Shown here piece after piece: positions 21,797 to 32,746 of a DNA stretch of 64,000 bases. Positions within the stretch are counted from its first letter, which is position 1, and each line of letters starts with the position of its first letter. Source of the DNA: Vulcanimicrobiota bacterium (GTDB lineage: Bacteria > Vulcanimicrobiota > Vulcanimicrobiia > Vulcanimicrobiales > Vulcanimicrobiaceae); NCBI GenBank assembly GCA_963795855.1, contig CAWCIZ010000003.1:352001-416000 (forward strand), given 5' to 3'. A program made the position numbers and the translations under genes. The notes beneath the pieces are model-generated. The model did no database searches. It saw only the letters and a list, made by a program, of their open reading frames with translations, and was not told the origin of the DNA.

Positions 21797-22204
21797 TCAG
21801 TCGAGTAACTCGAGCGTCCTGGCGAGCCGCTCGGAACGCTCGCCGGGCCGCCGCTGCGCGTACTCTTCGATGACCTGCGAATCTCCACGCCGCATCAGCG
21901 CGTGCGCTGCAGCCAGCGCGACGGCGTCGGACGGATCGTCGAGCGCGTGCGAGAGCAGCTGCTGCGAACGCCGGTCTTCGAGATCGGCCACCGCGAAAAT
22001 CAGATCGCAGCGCGCCGGTTCTGAAAGGCCGGCGAACTCGTGGCCCGCTTCCGCCGTCCAATCGGTCGTTGCGGTGATGGGTTCGAGCGGTCGAAGCGGC
22101 GGCTGCGGCGCCGCAACGCTCGCGCGGGGCGCCATCAACGCATACGCGCCGATCGCGGCTCCGACGACGAAGACGGCTACGAGTACGGCAACGATCGCGC
22201 TCAT
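21797..22204 (-). CDS. Small membrane-anchored protein with HEAT-like repeat (paralog of 18161-18481)
   Basis: MSAIVAVLVAVFVVGAAIGAYALM TM, then RCDLIFAVADLED...ALDDPSDAVALAAAHAL; in frame with upstream ORF as assembled. Confidence 0.6.
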   Translation of the reverse strand: MSAIVAVLVAVFVVGAAIGAYALMAPRASVAAPQPPLRPLEPITATTDWTAEAGHEFAGLSEPARCDLIFAVADLEDRRSQQLLSHALDDPSDAVALAAAHALMRRGDSQVIEEYAQRRPGERSERLARTLELLD

Positions 22205-25200
22205 GCAGGCAGATGCGCGAGTCTGCGTACGCACGACGTCGAGCGCCGCATCCAGCACCGGATACGGCTTGCGCTGCAGCGCATCGACGAACGCCGTCTC
22301 GTCCGCGCCCGCCAATTCGTCGAACGCGGCGATGGCCAGTCCGCGGTAGTGGCGCACGCCGTCACCTTCCGTCGGCATGAACCGCGCAAGCACCGCCCAC
22401 GGCAGCGCCGTTGCGAGCGGCGCACCGCTCAAGCGGCCTCGCAGTTCGGCCATCTCGCCGACGGAAACGCCTCCGTGCAAGATCAGCGAGCCGGACAAGT
22501 CCGCCGGCTGTGCGACCGGGTTTGCGCATTGCAACAGCGCTTCCAACGCATTGCGCGCCGCCGCAGATTCCAGGTCGCGCGGCGCGATGACGTACGTCGG
22601 CATGCGCAGCTTGATGAACACGCGGTCGAGCGTTTCGCGCAAAGTCTCGCGCACGTCCCGAAGGCGCGCATCGTCGCGTACTGCCATCGCATCCGGGAAA
22701 AACGCGCGAATCGCAAAGAGGTGCGAAACCAATCCGGTGAAGCGCGCTTCACCCAGGAATCGCAGCACGCGCGCGAGCCGATCGCGGTCAAATGCCACGA
22801 CGCATCGAACGCACTCGCTTTCGGCGACGGCGGCGCTCGCGAGGACCGCGGTAGCTTCATGTCCGTGTGCGTCGCCGTTTACGCTCGGCGCAAGCGAAAG
22901 CATCGAGCTGCCCGCGATCTCGCGCGAAACCGGCGTCGCCGGCGGAAGTTCCACGAACCCGTCTCCCGGCAGCGCGCGCTGCTGCGTGCCGCCGAACGAC
23001 GGCCCGAGCATTCCGTCCAGGCCGAACGGCAACCCCGAAATCGTATTCGCAAACGCGGGCGCGCACCGAACCTTCAGTTCCGGTGCGGTGATTTCATCGG
23101 TTCGATCGCCGTCGTACGCGACGAACGCCCGGCGCAGCAGCGCTTCACCCGAGCCAAGGCCGTTATGCACCACTTCGCGCCAGCGAATCGTCGCTTCGAT
23201 GCCCGGATCGACGTCGCTCAGCGCGATTCCGCGATCGCTCATGAGCGGAGAAAGGGCGCCGACGTCACGAACCGGCAAATCGTTCACCGCCGTGCTGTTC
23301 GGCACGTAAATGAGCGAATCGAGCGCAGGAACGGTGATGCGCACGCGGCGCGCGGGGCCGTCGCCGCTGTTGCGCACGTGCAGAACGAATTCGATGTCCG
23401 CGCCTGCGTCGACGAGTTCATCCGGTTCGCTTCGCAGCGTGCCGATCGCGAAGTTCGGCTCCGCCGTCGTGACGATCGTGAGCGGCGCGAGCTGCACCGG
23501 CAGCATGGCGTCGGCGCTCAGAACGGATTCGATCGAAACGGGGTGCGCTTTCGCTAGACTTCGCAAGAGGCGCACGCCCAGACGCGCTTCGGCACTCGCG
23601 CCCGGTGCGATTTCGCCGAAGAGCAGCGCGGAACGCTCGCGCGTCGCGCCTTCGACGCTTTCCAAGCGCGCCTCGGGCGAGACGTACAAGCGCAAACAGA
23701 CGTTTTGCGCGACGTCCGTGCCCTCGTTTCGCACGCGCACGAAAACGTCCACGAGTTGATTCGGACGAAAGACGTCGTCCTGCACCAGCGTAAGCGCGGA
23801 ACTATGCCCCGAAAAGGCGGGATGCGATTCAACGCGCCAGGTCACATCCTCGAGCACCGTCTCGCCGAGTTCGCGCGTGTGCAGGCTCGCGCCGAGCCGC
23901 AGTTCGCTGCGGTCGGCATAAGGCGTGCGAACGCGCGCCCGAACGGTAATTTTTCGCGAGCCGTACGCCTCGATCGTGCCGAGATCGATGCTTTCGTTCT
24001 CGATGTCGAGCCGCGCGTTTTTGTCGAATGCGCGCAGGTCGTCCAACGCCGGGTCCGCATGCAGGTGCAGCACGGCATCGGTCGCGGCGGCGCTGCCGTC
24101 GTTGACGATCGTTATCGCCGCTTCGCATTCGTCCGAAGGCTGCACGCACATGCTGCCTTCCCGCGTCACGCGATTGCGGCGCGCTGCGAAGTGCGGCGTG
24201 GAACGGACAGCGAGGTGCGCTTCGAACTCGCGCCGGGACCCGCCCCAGTGCAGCACCGGCGAAACCGCGCAGCACCGTCATGTCCGCGAGGGGCGACGCG
24301 ACGATCGCTTCCGCGGCGAATTCGACGCTTTGCCGAGCAGGCACGGCGCCTAGTTCGAATGCGGCGCTTTCTTTCTTCCGTTCGCGCACCGGCTTTCCGT
24401 CGACGCGCACGGATCCGCGCACGTGCACGAGCCCTTCCGGCAGCGCGTACGACACGCCGACGTTCTCCGCGGCCGTCGTTCCGCCGTTGTACGCCTGCAG
24501 CCGAAGCAGCACGCGCGCACCCGGCGACGCTTCTCCCGGTTCGATTGAAAAACCGGTCCGATCGTTCTCGAAATCCGCTTCCGCGCGAACGCACAGCGTT
24601 GACCGGTTCGAGATCGAACGCGGCGGTCTCTTGAGAAGCGATCTGCGCGCGGACTGCGAGGTTCGTGCCGTCCGGCAGCGGATCGTCGATGCGAACGCGG
24701 TATTGCAGCGTCACCGTTGCGCTCGCGGGCAGCGTGTGCGCGATGACGGGCGCGTGAACGTGATCGAACGGAGCGAGCAGATCGCGCTCGAGTTCGCGGC
24801 CGTTTACGCGCGCAGAATTCGGAACGTACGCGGTATGCTCGGGCACCGGAGCGACCACGACGACGTCGTGCGCGCTCGACTCACCCGCGTTGTGCACGCG
24901 CACCGTCACGGTTGCCTCGCCGCCCGGGCGCGGCTCGTGCTGACGCGACTCGATCGCCGCGGCGGTGAGCGCGTTGTCGAGCGTAGGACGGCTGCGGGCA
25001 ACCAGGCGCACGATATTCGAGCCGACCGGTGCGAGCTCGAATGCGGCAACCGCCGCCTGCAGCTCCACCATCGAACCGTTTTCGATGGCGCCGGCGACGC
25101 TGTAGGCAACCTCGATGCGACGCTCTTCGCCGGGCGCGACGTCGCCGATGTCCGCACCGGCACGAGCGAGCAGCGGCGAGTTGCCGTGTTCGTCGTCCAG

Positions 25201-25428
25201 CTCGGTGCCGTCCAGTTGACCGCTTCCGACGAGATAAACCAAGCCGTCGGGTAAGTTGAATCGTACGCGCACGCCCGTTGCACTCGCTCCGCCTTGGTTG
25301 CGGAACGTGAAGGATGCGCGCACAGTCATTCCAGGTTCCAACTCGCGCTCAGGCGAAACGACGAGGGTTCGAAGCCCCTCGGTTATGGTCGGAGCTCCCG
25401 GCGTGAAAACGTCCGTCAGGGTGCGCAT
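22201..25428 (-). CDS. Large Ig-like (DUF11-type) six-repeat protein B (apparent frameshifts near 24600, 24250 and possibly 22225)
   Basis: Same architecture as protein A: NQGGASA, NAGESSA, NGGTTAA, NDGSAAA, NEGTDVA, NSGDGPA; shared N-terminus (LTxVFxPGxP..LRTLVVxP) and C-terminal GLVxHxFAxRAxFP. Confidence 0.7.
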
Positions 25429-25504
25429 GACTTTCGGACCAAATTCGCCGCGGTACAAGCGGCACCTTGACAAACGTCTGACATCACGAAAGGTTTACGT
25501 CAAC

Positions 25505-26695
25505 ATGCTCGCAACCAAGGCCGATCGCATCGCCGACGCCGTGTCGCGGCTCGGATCGGAAAGCGCGTTCGAAGTCCTGGCTCGCGCGAAAGCGCTCGAA
25601 GCAGAGGGCAGGCGCGTCGTGCACATGGAGATCGGCGAGCCGGATTTCGACACGCCGGCGCATATCAAGGAAGCGGGCATCCAAGCGATCCGCGACAATT
25701 ACACGCATTACTCGCCGTCTGCCGGCATCATTCAGTTGCGTGACGTGATTGCCGACTATGCGGCCAAGTTCCGCCACGTCGAACCGTTCAGCCCGGAAAA
25801 CATCGTCGTGTCTCCCGGCGCGAAGCCCGTGATTTGGAACATCCTCAGCGCGATTTTGAGCCCGGGCGATGAGTTCGTGTATTTCGATCCGGCGTATCCG
25901 GCGTATGCGTCCTGCGCGAATTACCTCGGCGCGAAAGCCGTCGGCATTCCGCTGCACGAGGAAAAGAACTGGCGCATGGACCTGGACGAGCTGGAACGGC
26001 GCGTCTCGGACGATACGCGCGCGATTATGATCAACTCGCCGCACAACCCGACCGGCGGCGTGCTGACCAAGAGCGATCTCGAACGCATCGCTCAACTGGC
26101 GAAAAAACATGACTTTCTCGTGATAGCCGACGAGATCTACAGCCGCAACTTCTACGAGAACGAGTTTTCCTCGATCGTCGCGATAGCGGGCATGCGGGAG
26201 CGCACGATCGTCGTCGACGGTTTCTCAAAAGCATATGCGATGACGGGATGGCGCCTCGGATATGCAATCATGCCCTCGCAGCTCGCCAAAATCGTGACGC
26301 TCTTCAACAACAATACGTTTTCATGCGTGACGACGTTCGTGCAGCAGGCGGGCATCGCCGCGCTGCTCGGTCCCGACGAGCCCGTGCGAGAGATGAACGA
26401 AATCTTTCGCCGGCGGCGCGATCGCTTAGTCGACGGTCTGAACGCCATCTCCGGCATGTCGTGCACCATGCCGGAAGGCGCCTTCTACGCGTTTCCCAAC
26501 GTGAAAAGCATCACGACCGACGACAAGGCGCTTGCGGCGTATCTTCTACAGGAAGGCGGCGTAGCGTGTCTGGGCGGTTCCGCGTTCGGCGCTGCGGGCA
26601 AGGGCTATCTGCGTTTCTCCTATGCCGCGTCGCTCGAAGACATCGACTACGCGCTCGCGCAGATGAGACGGTGCGTGCCGCAATTCAAGCGGTAA
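25505..26695 (+). CDS. PLP-dependent class I/II aminotransferase (aspartate aminotransferase-like)
   Basis: IGEPDFDTP, NSPHNPTG, ADEIY, GFSKAYAMTGWRLGY, PEGAFY, YLRFSYA. Confidence 0.92.
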   Translation: MLATKADRIADAVSRLGSESAFEVLARAKALEAEGRRVVHMEIGEPDFDTPAHIKEAGIQAIRDNYTHYSPSAGIIQLRDVIADYAAKFRHVEPFSPENIVVSPGAKPVIWNILSAILSPGDEFVYFDPAYPAYASCANYLGAKAVGIPLHEEKNWRMDLDELERRVSDDTRAIMINSPHNPTGGVLTKSDLERIAQLAKKHDFLVIADEIYSRNFYENEFSSIVAIAGMRERTIVVDGFSKAYAMTGWRLGYAIMPSQLAKIVTLFNNNTFSCVTTFVQQAGIAALLGPDEPVREMNEIFRRRRDRLVDGLNAISGMSCTMPEGAFYAFPNVKSITTDDKALAAYLLQEGGVACLGGSAFGAAGKGYLRFSYAASLEDIDYALAQMRRCVPQFKR

Positions 26696-26755
26696 GCGCG
26701 CCAAAAAACCTAAGTCAATCGTTTAACCTCGTTCGCAAGTAGGAACGAATTCCGC

Positions 26756-29700
26756 ATGCGAGACAGCCGCGCACCTTGGCCCGTTCTGCGGCAGCTCGAA
26801 CGCGATCCGCTCGCGCTCGGCGCTGCCGCGCAATCCGACGCAAACCGCGAATGGCGAGCGCGCATAGAAGACGCGAAGCCGGTGAAGTCCGTCTGCCCGT
26901 ACTGCGCCGTAGGATGCGGTCAGTTGCTGTACGTCAAAGACGAGAAAATCGTTCAGATCGAGGGCGATCCGGATAGCCCCATTTCGCGCGGACGTCTCTG
27001 TCCGAAAGGCGCCGCCACGCGCTCGATGGTGCAGAGCCCTTCACGCGAATACAAAGTCAAATACCGCCGCCCGTACGGGACGCAGTGGGAAGAACTCTCG
27101 CTCGACCAGGCGATGGAGATGATCGTCGACCGCGTGCTCAAGACGCGGCGCGAAACGTGGGTCAGCGCGGACGAGGAGGGCCACGATCTCAACCGTTGCG
27201 AGGGGATCGGCAGCCTCGGCGGCGCGACGCTCGACAACGAAGAGAACTACGTCATGAAGAAGCTCTACACTGCGCTGGGCATCGTGCAGGTAGAGAACCA
27301 AGCCCGAATATGACATAGCTCGACGGTTCCCAGTTTGGGAACCTCGTTCGGCCGCGGCGGCGCCACAGACTTTCTGCAAGACATGCAGAATTCCGACTGC
27401 ATCGTCATCATGGGCTCCAACATGGCCGAGAATCACCCGGTTGGTTTCCAGTGGGCGATGGAGGCGCGGGAACGCGGCGCGCAACTCATTCACGTCGATC
27501 CGCGCTTCACCCGTACCAGCGCGATGTCGACGCTGCACGTCCCGATTCGTCCCGGAACGGACATCGCGTTTCTCGGCGGCATCATCAACTACATCATCGA
27601 AAACGACCGCGCGTTCAAAGACTACGTCGTCAACTACACCAACGCGCCGGTCATCCTCAAGGACGACTTCAAGGACACGGAAGATCTCGACGGCCTCTTT
27701 TCCGGATGGGACGAGGAGAAGCGCGGGTACGTCTTCGAGAGCTGGCAGTACAAAGGCATGGATCTGCACGGCGCGGCGGGCCAGCGCGAGGGTGAAGAAT
27801 CGCTCGCGAAATTGGGCAGCTTCCCGCAGAAAGAAGATGCGCTGCGCCACGGCGAGCCGCCGCACATGGACAAGACGCTGCAGCATCCGCGCTGCATCTA
27901 TCAGATCATCAAGCGTCACTATTCGCGCTACACGCCGCGAGACTGTCGCAAAAATTTGCGGCATCCGCCCGGAGCAGCTCGTAGACGTAGCGGAAGCGCT
28001 CTGCGCGAACAGCGGCCGCGACCGCACGGGCTGCTTCGCATATGCCGTTGCATGGACGCAGCACACCTACGGCGTGCAAATGATTCGCGCGGCCGCAATC
28101 GTGCAGTTGCTGCTCGGCAACATCGGGCGGCCCGGCGGGGGAATTTTCGCACTGCGCGGACACGCGTCGATCCAAGGTTCGACGGATATTCCCACGCTCT
28201 TCAACATTCTGCCGGGCTACATCGTCATGCCGCACGCGAAAGCGCACCACGATCTCAAACACTACATCGAATCGGAGGGCGCGAAGACCGGCTACTGGGG
28301 CAACCTCGACAAGTACATGGTGAGTTTGCTCAAGGCGTGGTACGGCGAGCATGCCACGGAAGAAAACGAGTACTGCTTCAAATTGCTCCCGCGCATCAGC
28401 GGCGACCATTCGGCGTACCGCACGGCGATGGGTATGGTCGACGGCAAGGTGAAAGGCTATTTCATCTGCGGCGAAAATCCCGCGGTCGGAAACGCGAATG
28501 CCGGTCTGCACCGCCGCGGCTTAGCGAATTTGGAATGGCTCGTCGTGCGCGATTTCAGCGAGATCGAAAGCGCGTCGTTCTGGTACGACTCGCCGGAGAT
28601 CGAATCCGGCGAGATGAGCACCGATCAGATCAAAACCGAAGTATTTTGGATGCCGGCCGCGGCGCACACCGAAAAGGACGGGTCGTTCACCAACACGCAG
28701 CGGCTGCTGCAATGGCATCACAAAGCCGTCGAGCCGCAGGGAGACGCGCGGTCGGAGCTGTGGTTCTTCTATCACTTGGGCAAACGCATAAAGCAGAAGA
28801 TCGAGGAACAGGACGAGCCCTGGTCCGATGCAATCCGGCTGCTCACATGGGATTATCCCACAAAAGGTGAGATTGAAGAGCCCGACGCGCACATGGTGCT
28901 GCGCGAGGTGAACGGGTGGGATGCCGAAGGGAAATCGCTCTCTTCATACGCCGAACTCAAAGCCGACGGCAGCACCGTCTGCGGATGCTGGATTTACTGC
29001 GGCTGCTACAAAGACGAGCAGAACCAAACCGCGCGCCGCAAACCGCACTCGATGCAGACGTGGGTCGCGCCCGAGTGGGGCTGGTCGTGGCCGGCGAACC
29101 GGCGCATCTTGTACAACCGCGCGTCGGCCGATCTCGACGGCAACCCGTGGAGTATGCGTAAAGCGCTCGTGTGGTGGGACGCGCAGAAGAGTCAGTGGAC
29201 CGGCTACGACGTGCCGGATTTCGAGAAAACGAAACGGCCGGATTATACGCCGCCTAACGGCGCGCAGCGCGAAGAAGCGATCGCGGGCTGGCACCCGTTC
29301 ATCATGCAGGACGACGGACTGGGATGGATGTTCGTTCCGAACGGCATCGTCGACGGGCCGCTTCCAACGTATTTCGAGCCGCACGAATCGCCGGTTCAAA
29401 ACGCGTTGTACGGAACGCAAGCCAATCCGGCGCGGCAAGTCTTTCCGCGGCCGTTCAACCAGTACAATCCCTCGCCGAGCGAAAAACACGCGGGACTCTT
29501 CCCGTTCGTACTCTACACCTACCGGTTAACGGAGCATCACACGGCGGGCGGCATGACGCGCACAGTTCCGCATCTTTCCGAGCTCCAGCCGGAATTGTTC
29601 TGCGAGGTCAGCCCGGAACTGGCCGAGCTGCGCGGATTGCGCCACGGCGACTGGGCGACGATCTACAACGTGCGCGCCGTCATCGAAGCGCGGGTGATGA

Positions 29701-29963
29701 TCACGAAACGCGTTCAGCCGATGCGCATGAACGGCACGGTGCTGCATTCGGTCGGCCTGCCGTATCATTGGGGATCCCGCGGCATCGTCACCGGCGACAC
29801 CGTGAACGACTTGCTGCACATTGCGCTGGATCCAAACGTGCATATTCAAGAAACGAAAGGCTTGACGTGCGACGTCCGCGCCGGCCGGCGCCCGCGCGGC
29901 AAAGCTCGTCAACGCTTCCTGGACGACGTGCGCGCGGGCGCGCATCTGGAGAAGCCCGTATGA
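26756..29963 (+). CDS. fdnG: Selenocysteine-containing formate dehydrogenase alpha subunit (Sec UGA at 27311; apparent frameshift near 27935)
   Basis: CPYCAVGCG..CPKG Fe-S motif; NQARI-UGA-HSSTVPSLGTSFGRGGAT in frame; ALRGHASIQG; YRLTEHHTAG. Confidence 0.9.
27321..27346 (+). promoter_or_regulatory. Bacterial SECIS element
   Basis: Stem GGTTCCCA-GTT-TGGGAACC (27325-27343) starting 11 nt after the in-frame TGA, extendable by CGA/TCG. Confidence 0.8.
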
Positions 29964-30823
29964 CGACGTTCATCGATCTCACGCGCCTTCCGGCGCTCAC
30001 TTCGGCGGATTCGGAAGCGGCGACGTACGGTGCCGGCAAGCAGGACCGAATGGGCTTCTTCACCGACACGACGCTCTGCATCGGGTGCAAAGCGTGCGAA
30101 GTCGCGTGCAAGGAATGGAATCAGCTGCCGCAGGACGGCTACGAATTCACCGGTATGTCGTACGACAACACCGGCGAACTCAACGGCTACACCTGGCGGC
30201 ACGTCGCGTTCGTCGAGCAGTTCGATCGCACCGACGGCAAACCGCATCCGGAGCGCAAAGGGCGCTGGCTAATGGAATCGGACGTGTGCAAACATTGCAC
30301 GCACGCCGGATGTCTGGACGTCTGTCCCACGGGCGCGATAATTCGCACGGAATTCGGCACGGTCGTCATTCAAGACGACGTCTGCAACGGCTGCGGATAT
30401 TGCGTCGTGGCGTGCCCGTTCGGCGTGATCAGCGAACAAACCCAGGAAGGGACGATGGGAAAATGCACGCTCTGCTACGATCGCTTGAAAGCGGGAGACG
30501 AACCGGCGTGCGCCAAGGCATGTCCCACGCAATCGATTCAATTCGGTCCGGTTGACGAACTGCGCGAGCGCGCGGAACGCCGCTTGAGTCAAGTACAGAA
30601 CCGCTTCGAGGGCGCGCAACTGTACCTTACCAACGACGGCGACGGCATCGGCGGCGGCGGGTCGACGTGGCTGCTGCTCGACAAACCGGAAGTCTACGGA
30701 TTACCGCCGGACCCGGTCGTTCCCACGAAATATCTGCCGGAGATGTGGAAAGCGGCGGGGGTGGCGATGTCCGTGCTCGCCGGAGGAATCATTTTCGCAA
30801 GCATCGCGGGCAGCCGCCGATGA
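29960..30823 (+). CDS. fdnH: Formate dehydrogenase iron-sulfur (beta) subunit
   Basis: Four ferredoxin-type Cys clusters (CIGCKACEVAC, CKHCTHAGC..CP, CNGCGYCVVACP, KCTLC..PACAKACP) and C-terminal TM helix. Confidence 0.9.
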   Translation: MTTFIDLTRLPALTSADSEAATYGAGKQDRMGFFTDTTLCIGCKACEVACKEWNQLPQDGYEFTGMSYDNTGELNGYTWRHVAFVEQFDRTDGKPHPERKGRWLMESDVCKHCTHAGCLDVCPTGAIIRTEFGTVVIQDDVCNGCGYCVVACPFGVISEQTQEGTMGKCTLCYDRLKAGDEPACAKACPTQSIQFGPVDELRERAERRLSQVQNRFEGAQLYLTNDGDGIGGGGSTWLLLDKPEVYGLPPDPVVPTKYLPEMWKAAGVAMSVLAGGIIFASIAGSRR

Positions 30824-31743
30824 TGATGCAAAACGCGCAGACGCTGCACGAGGAAAACGCGGGCTATTACGGCCGGCCCATGATCAAGCCGCCGGAGTGG
30901 ACCGACCTGATCCCGACGTATTTTTTCGTCGGAGGCTTGTCGGGTGCGGCGGCTCTGCTCGGCTTTACGGAACGCATCGCACGCAACGATCGGCTCGCGC
31001 GCACGATGATTTTCACCGCTGCAGCAGGCAGCGCCATCAGCGGTTTCTGCCTGATAGCCGATCTCAAGCGCCCGGAGCGTTTCGCCAACATGCTGCGCGT
31101 GTTCAAGCCTACGTCGCCGATGAGCATGGGCGTGTACCTGTTCAGTGCGTTCGGCGGCGCCGCCACGATCGCCGCGGCCAGCGAACTGACGGGGATCCTG
31201 CGGCCGATCGGGCGGATCTTCGAAGGAATCGCCGCGCTGCTCGGCCCCGGAATGTCGGTCTACACCGCCGTGCTGATCGGCGACACCGTGGTGCCGGCTT
31301 GGCATTACGGAAGGCTGTCGATGCCGGCGGTCTTCGCGGCCACGTCGGCCGCAACGGCGGGCGCAGCCGGAATGCTGTTCGCGCCCGCGCGCGCGGCTCG
31401 CCCGGCGCGCCGTTTGGCGCTCCTCGGCGGCATCGCCATGCCGATCGCGCTCGAGCAGCTGCACGTCGAACTCGGGCCGCGTCAAATGGAAGCATTCGAA
31501 CACGGTGAAGCGCGAACGTTCTCAAAAGCGGCGCGTTGGTTGAATCTCGCCGGATTGACGGCGGCTCTGTTCGCCAAGAACAGCGACGTCGCCGGCAAGG
31601 TCGCCGGCACGCTGCTGCTGGCGGCCGGCGCCGCAGAACGTTTCGGCATCTTCCGAGCGGGATGCGTCTCCGCAAAAGATCCGAGCTACACGATCGACGC
31701 GCAGCGTCGCCGCATGCGCGAAGAGGTTACAGCAGGCGCATAG
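30820..31743 (+). CDS. NrfD/PsrC-family membrane anchor subunit
   Basis: YYGRP..W..IPTYFFVGGL, DLKRPERF, TSPMSMG, YTAVL...VPAW. Confidence 0.85.
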   Translation: MMMQNAQTLHEENAGYYGRPMIKPPEWTDLIPTYFFVGGLSGAAALLGFTERIARNDRLARTMIFTAAAGSAISGFCLIADLKRPERFANMLRVFKPTSPMSMGVYLFSAFGGAATIAAASELTGILRPIGRIFEGIAALLGPGMSVYTAVLIGDTVVPAWHYGRLSMPAVFAATSAATAGAAGMLFAPARAARPARRLALLGGIAMPIALEQLHVELGPRQMEAFEHGEARTFSKAARWLNLAGLTAALFAKNSDVAGKVAGTLLLAAGAAERFGIFRAGCVSAKDPSYTIDAQRRRMREEVTAGA

Positions 31744-32746
31744 CGCGCTTGACGTCGACGATCGTCTCCATCGCTATCGCCCGCGCGCGCTGCGTGCCTT
31801 CGTCGATGATGCGCTCGACCTGTGCGACGTCGGAGGCGTACATCGCGCGTCTCTCGCGAATCGGCCGCAGATAGGCGTTGAGTGCCTCGGCCAAATCCGA
31901 CTTATCCTGAACGCAGCCGAGCGCTCCGGAACGGCATTCGCGATCGACGAGCGGCACGTGCGCGGACTTGACGAGCGGCCAGAGATGAAAAATCGGACAA
32001 ATCGCCGGATTGCCGGGATCGTTCCGGCGAATCTTGTTCGGATCGGTGACGTATTTGCGGATCTTCTTCGCGGTCTCGTCTTCGCTTTCACCGATGAGAA
32101 TGAAGTTGTCGTACGACTTGCTCATCTTGCGACCGTCGATGCCCTCGACTTCGGCCGCACCTTCGACGAGCATCGCTTTGGGTTCGACGAGGACCTCTTC
32201 GCCTTCGCCGTACAAGTAATTGAAACGGCGCACGACCTCGCGTCCGAATTCCAGGTGCGCGACCTGATCGCGGCCGACGGGAACTTCTTGCCCGCGAAAA
32301 ACGGCAATGTCGCAAAGCTGCAGCAGCGGATATCCGAGAAACCCGTACGTCGCAATTTCCTGCCCGAGCGCTTCGATTTGGCCCTTGTACGTCGGCACGC
32401 GCTCGAGCCACGACACCGGCGTAATCATGCTCAGCAGCACCTGCAGTTCGGAAATCTCCGGAATCGCCGACTGCAGAAAAAACGTGGACGAATTCGGATC
32501 CACGCCGGCCGCCAGCCAGTCCAGAACCATCTCGTTTCGCGCGTTTCGAATGACTTGCGGATTTGCAAACCCCGTCGTATACGCATGGAGATCCGCGATT
32601 TCGAAATATGCGTCGGCCGTTTGACAATACGTCACCCACTGCGTCAGCACGCCGAAGTAGTGGCCGATGTGCAGCTGCCCCGTCGGGCGCATGCCGGACA
32701 TGACGCGCGGACGAATGCGCGGCGTCGGCGGGGCGGTGGTCATCAT
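31727..32746 (-). CDS. trpS: Tryptophan--tRNA ligase
   Basis: SGMRPTGQLHIGH, ADLHA, YPLLQ, VPVGRDQ, KMSKS. Confidence 0.96.
   Translation of the reverse strand: MMTTAPPTPRIRPRVMSGMRPTGQLHIGHYFGVLTQWVTYCQTADAYFEIADLHAYTTGFANPQVIRNARNEMVLDWLAAGVDPNSSTFFLQSAIPEISELQVLLSMITPVSWLERVPTYKGQIEALGQEIATYGFLGYPLLQLCDIAVFRGQEVPVGRDQVAHLEFGREVVRRFNYLYGEGEEVLVEPKAMLVEGAAEVEGIDGRKMSKSYDNFILIGESEDETAKKIRKYVTDPNKIRRNDPGNPAICPIFHLWPLVKSAHVPLVDRECRSGALGCVQDKSDLAEALNAYLRPIRERRAMYASDVAQVERIIDEGTQRARAIAMETIVDVKRAMRLL

Noticed and set aside
25467..25503. Imperfect inverted repeat TTGAC(A)AAC...GTTTACGTCAA between divergent genes as an operator or promoter pair
   Set aside because: No matching -10 at normal spacing on either strand and no regulator nearby; support is too weak.
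26756..27313. Separate small formate dehydrogenase subunit ending at TGA
   Set aside because: The TGA is at the catalytic Sec position and is followed in frame by conserved sequence and a SECIS.
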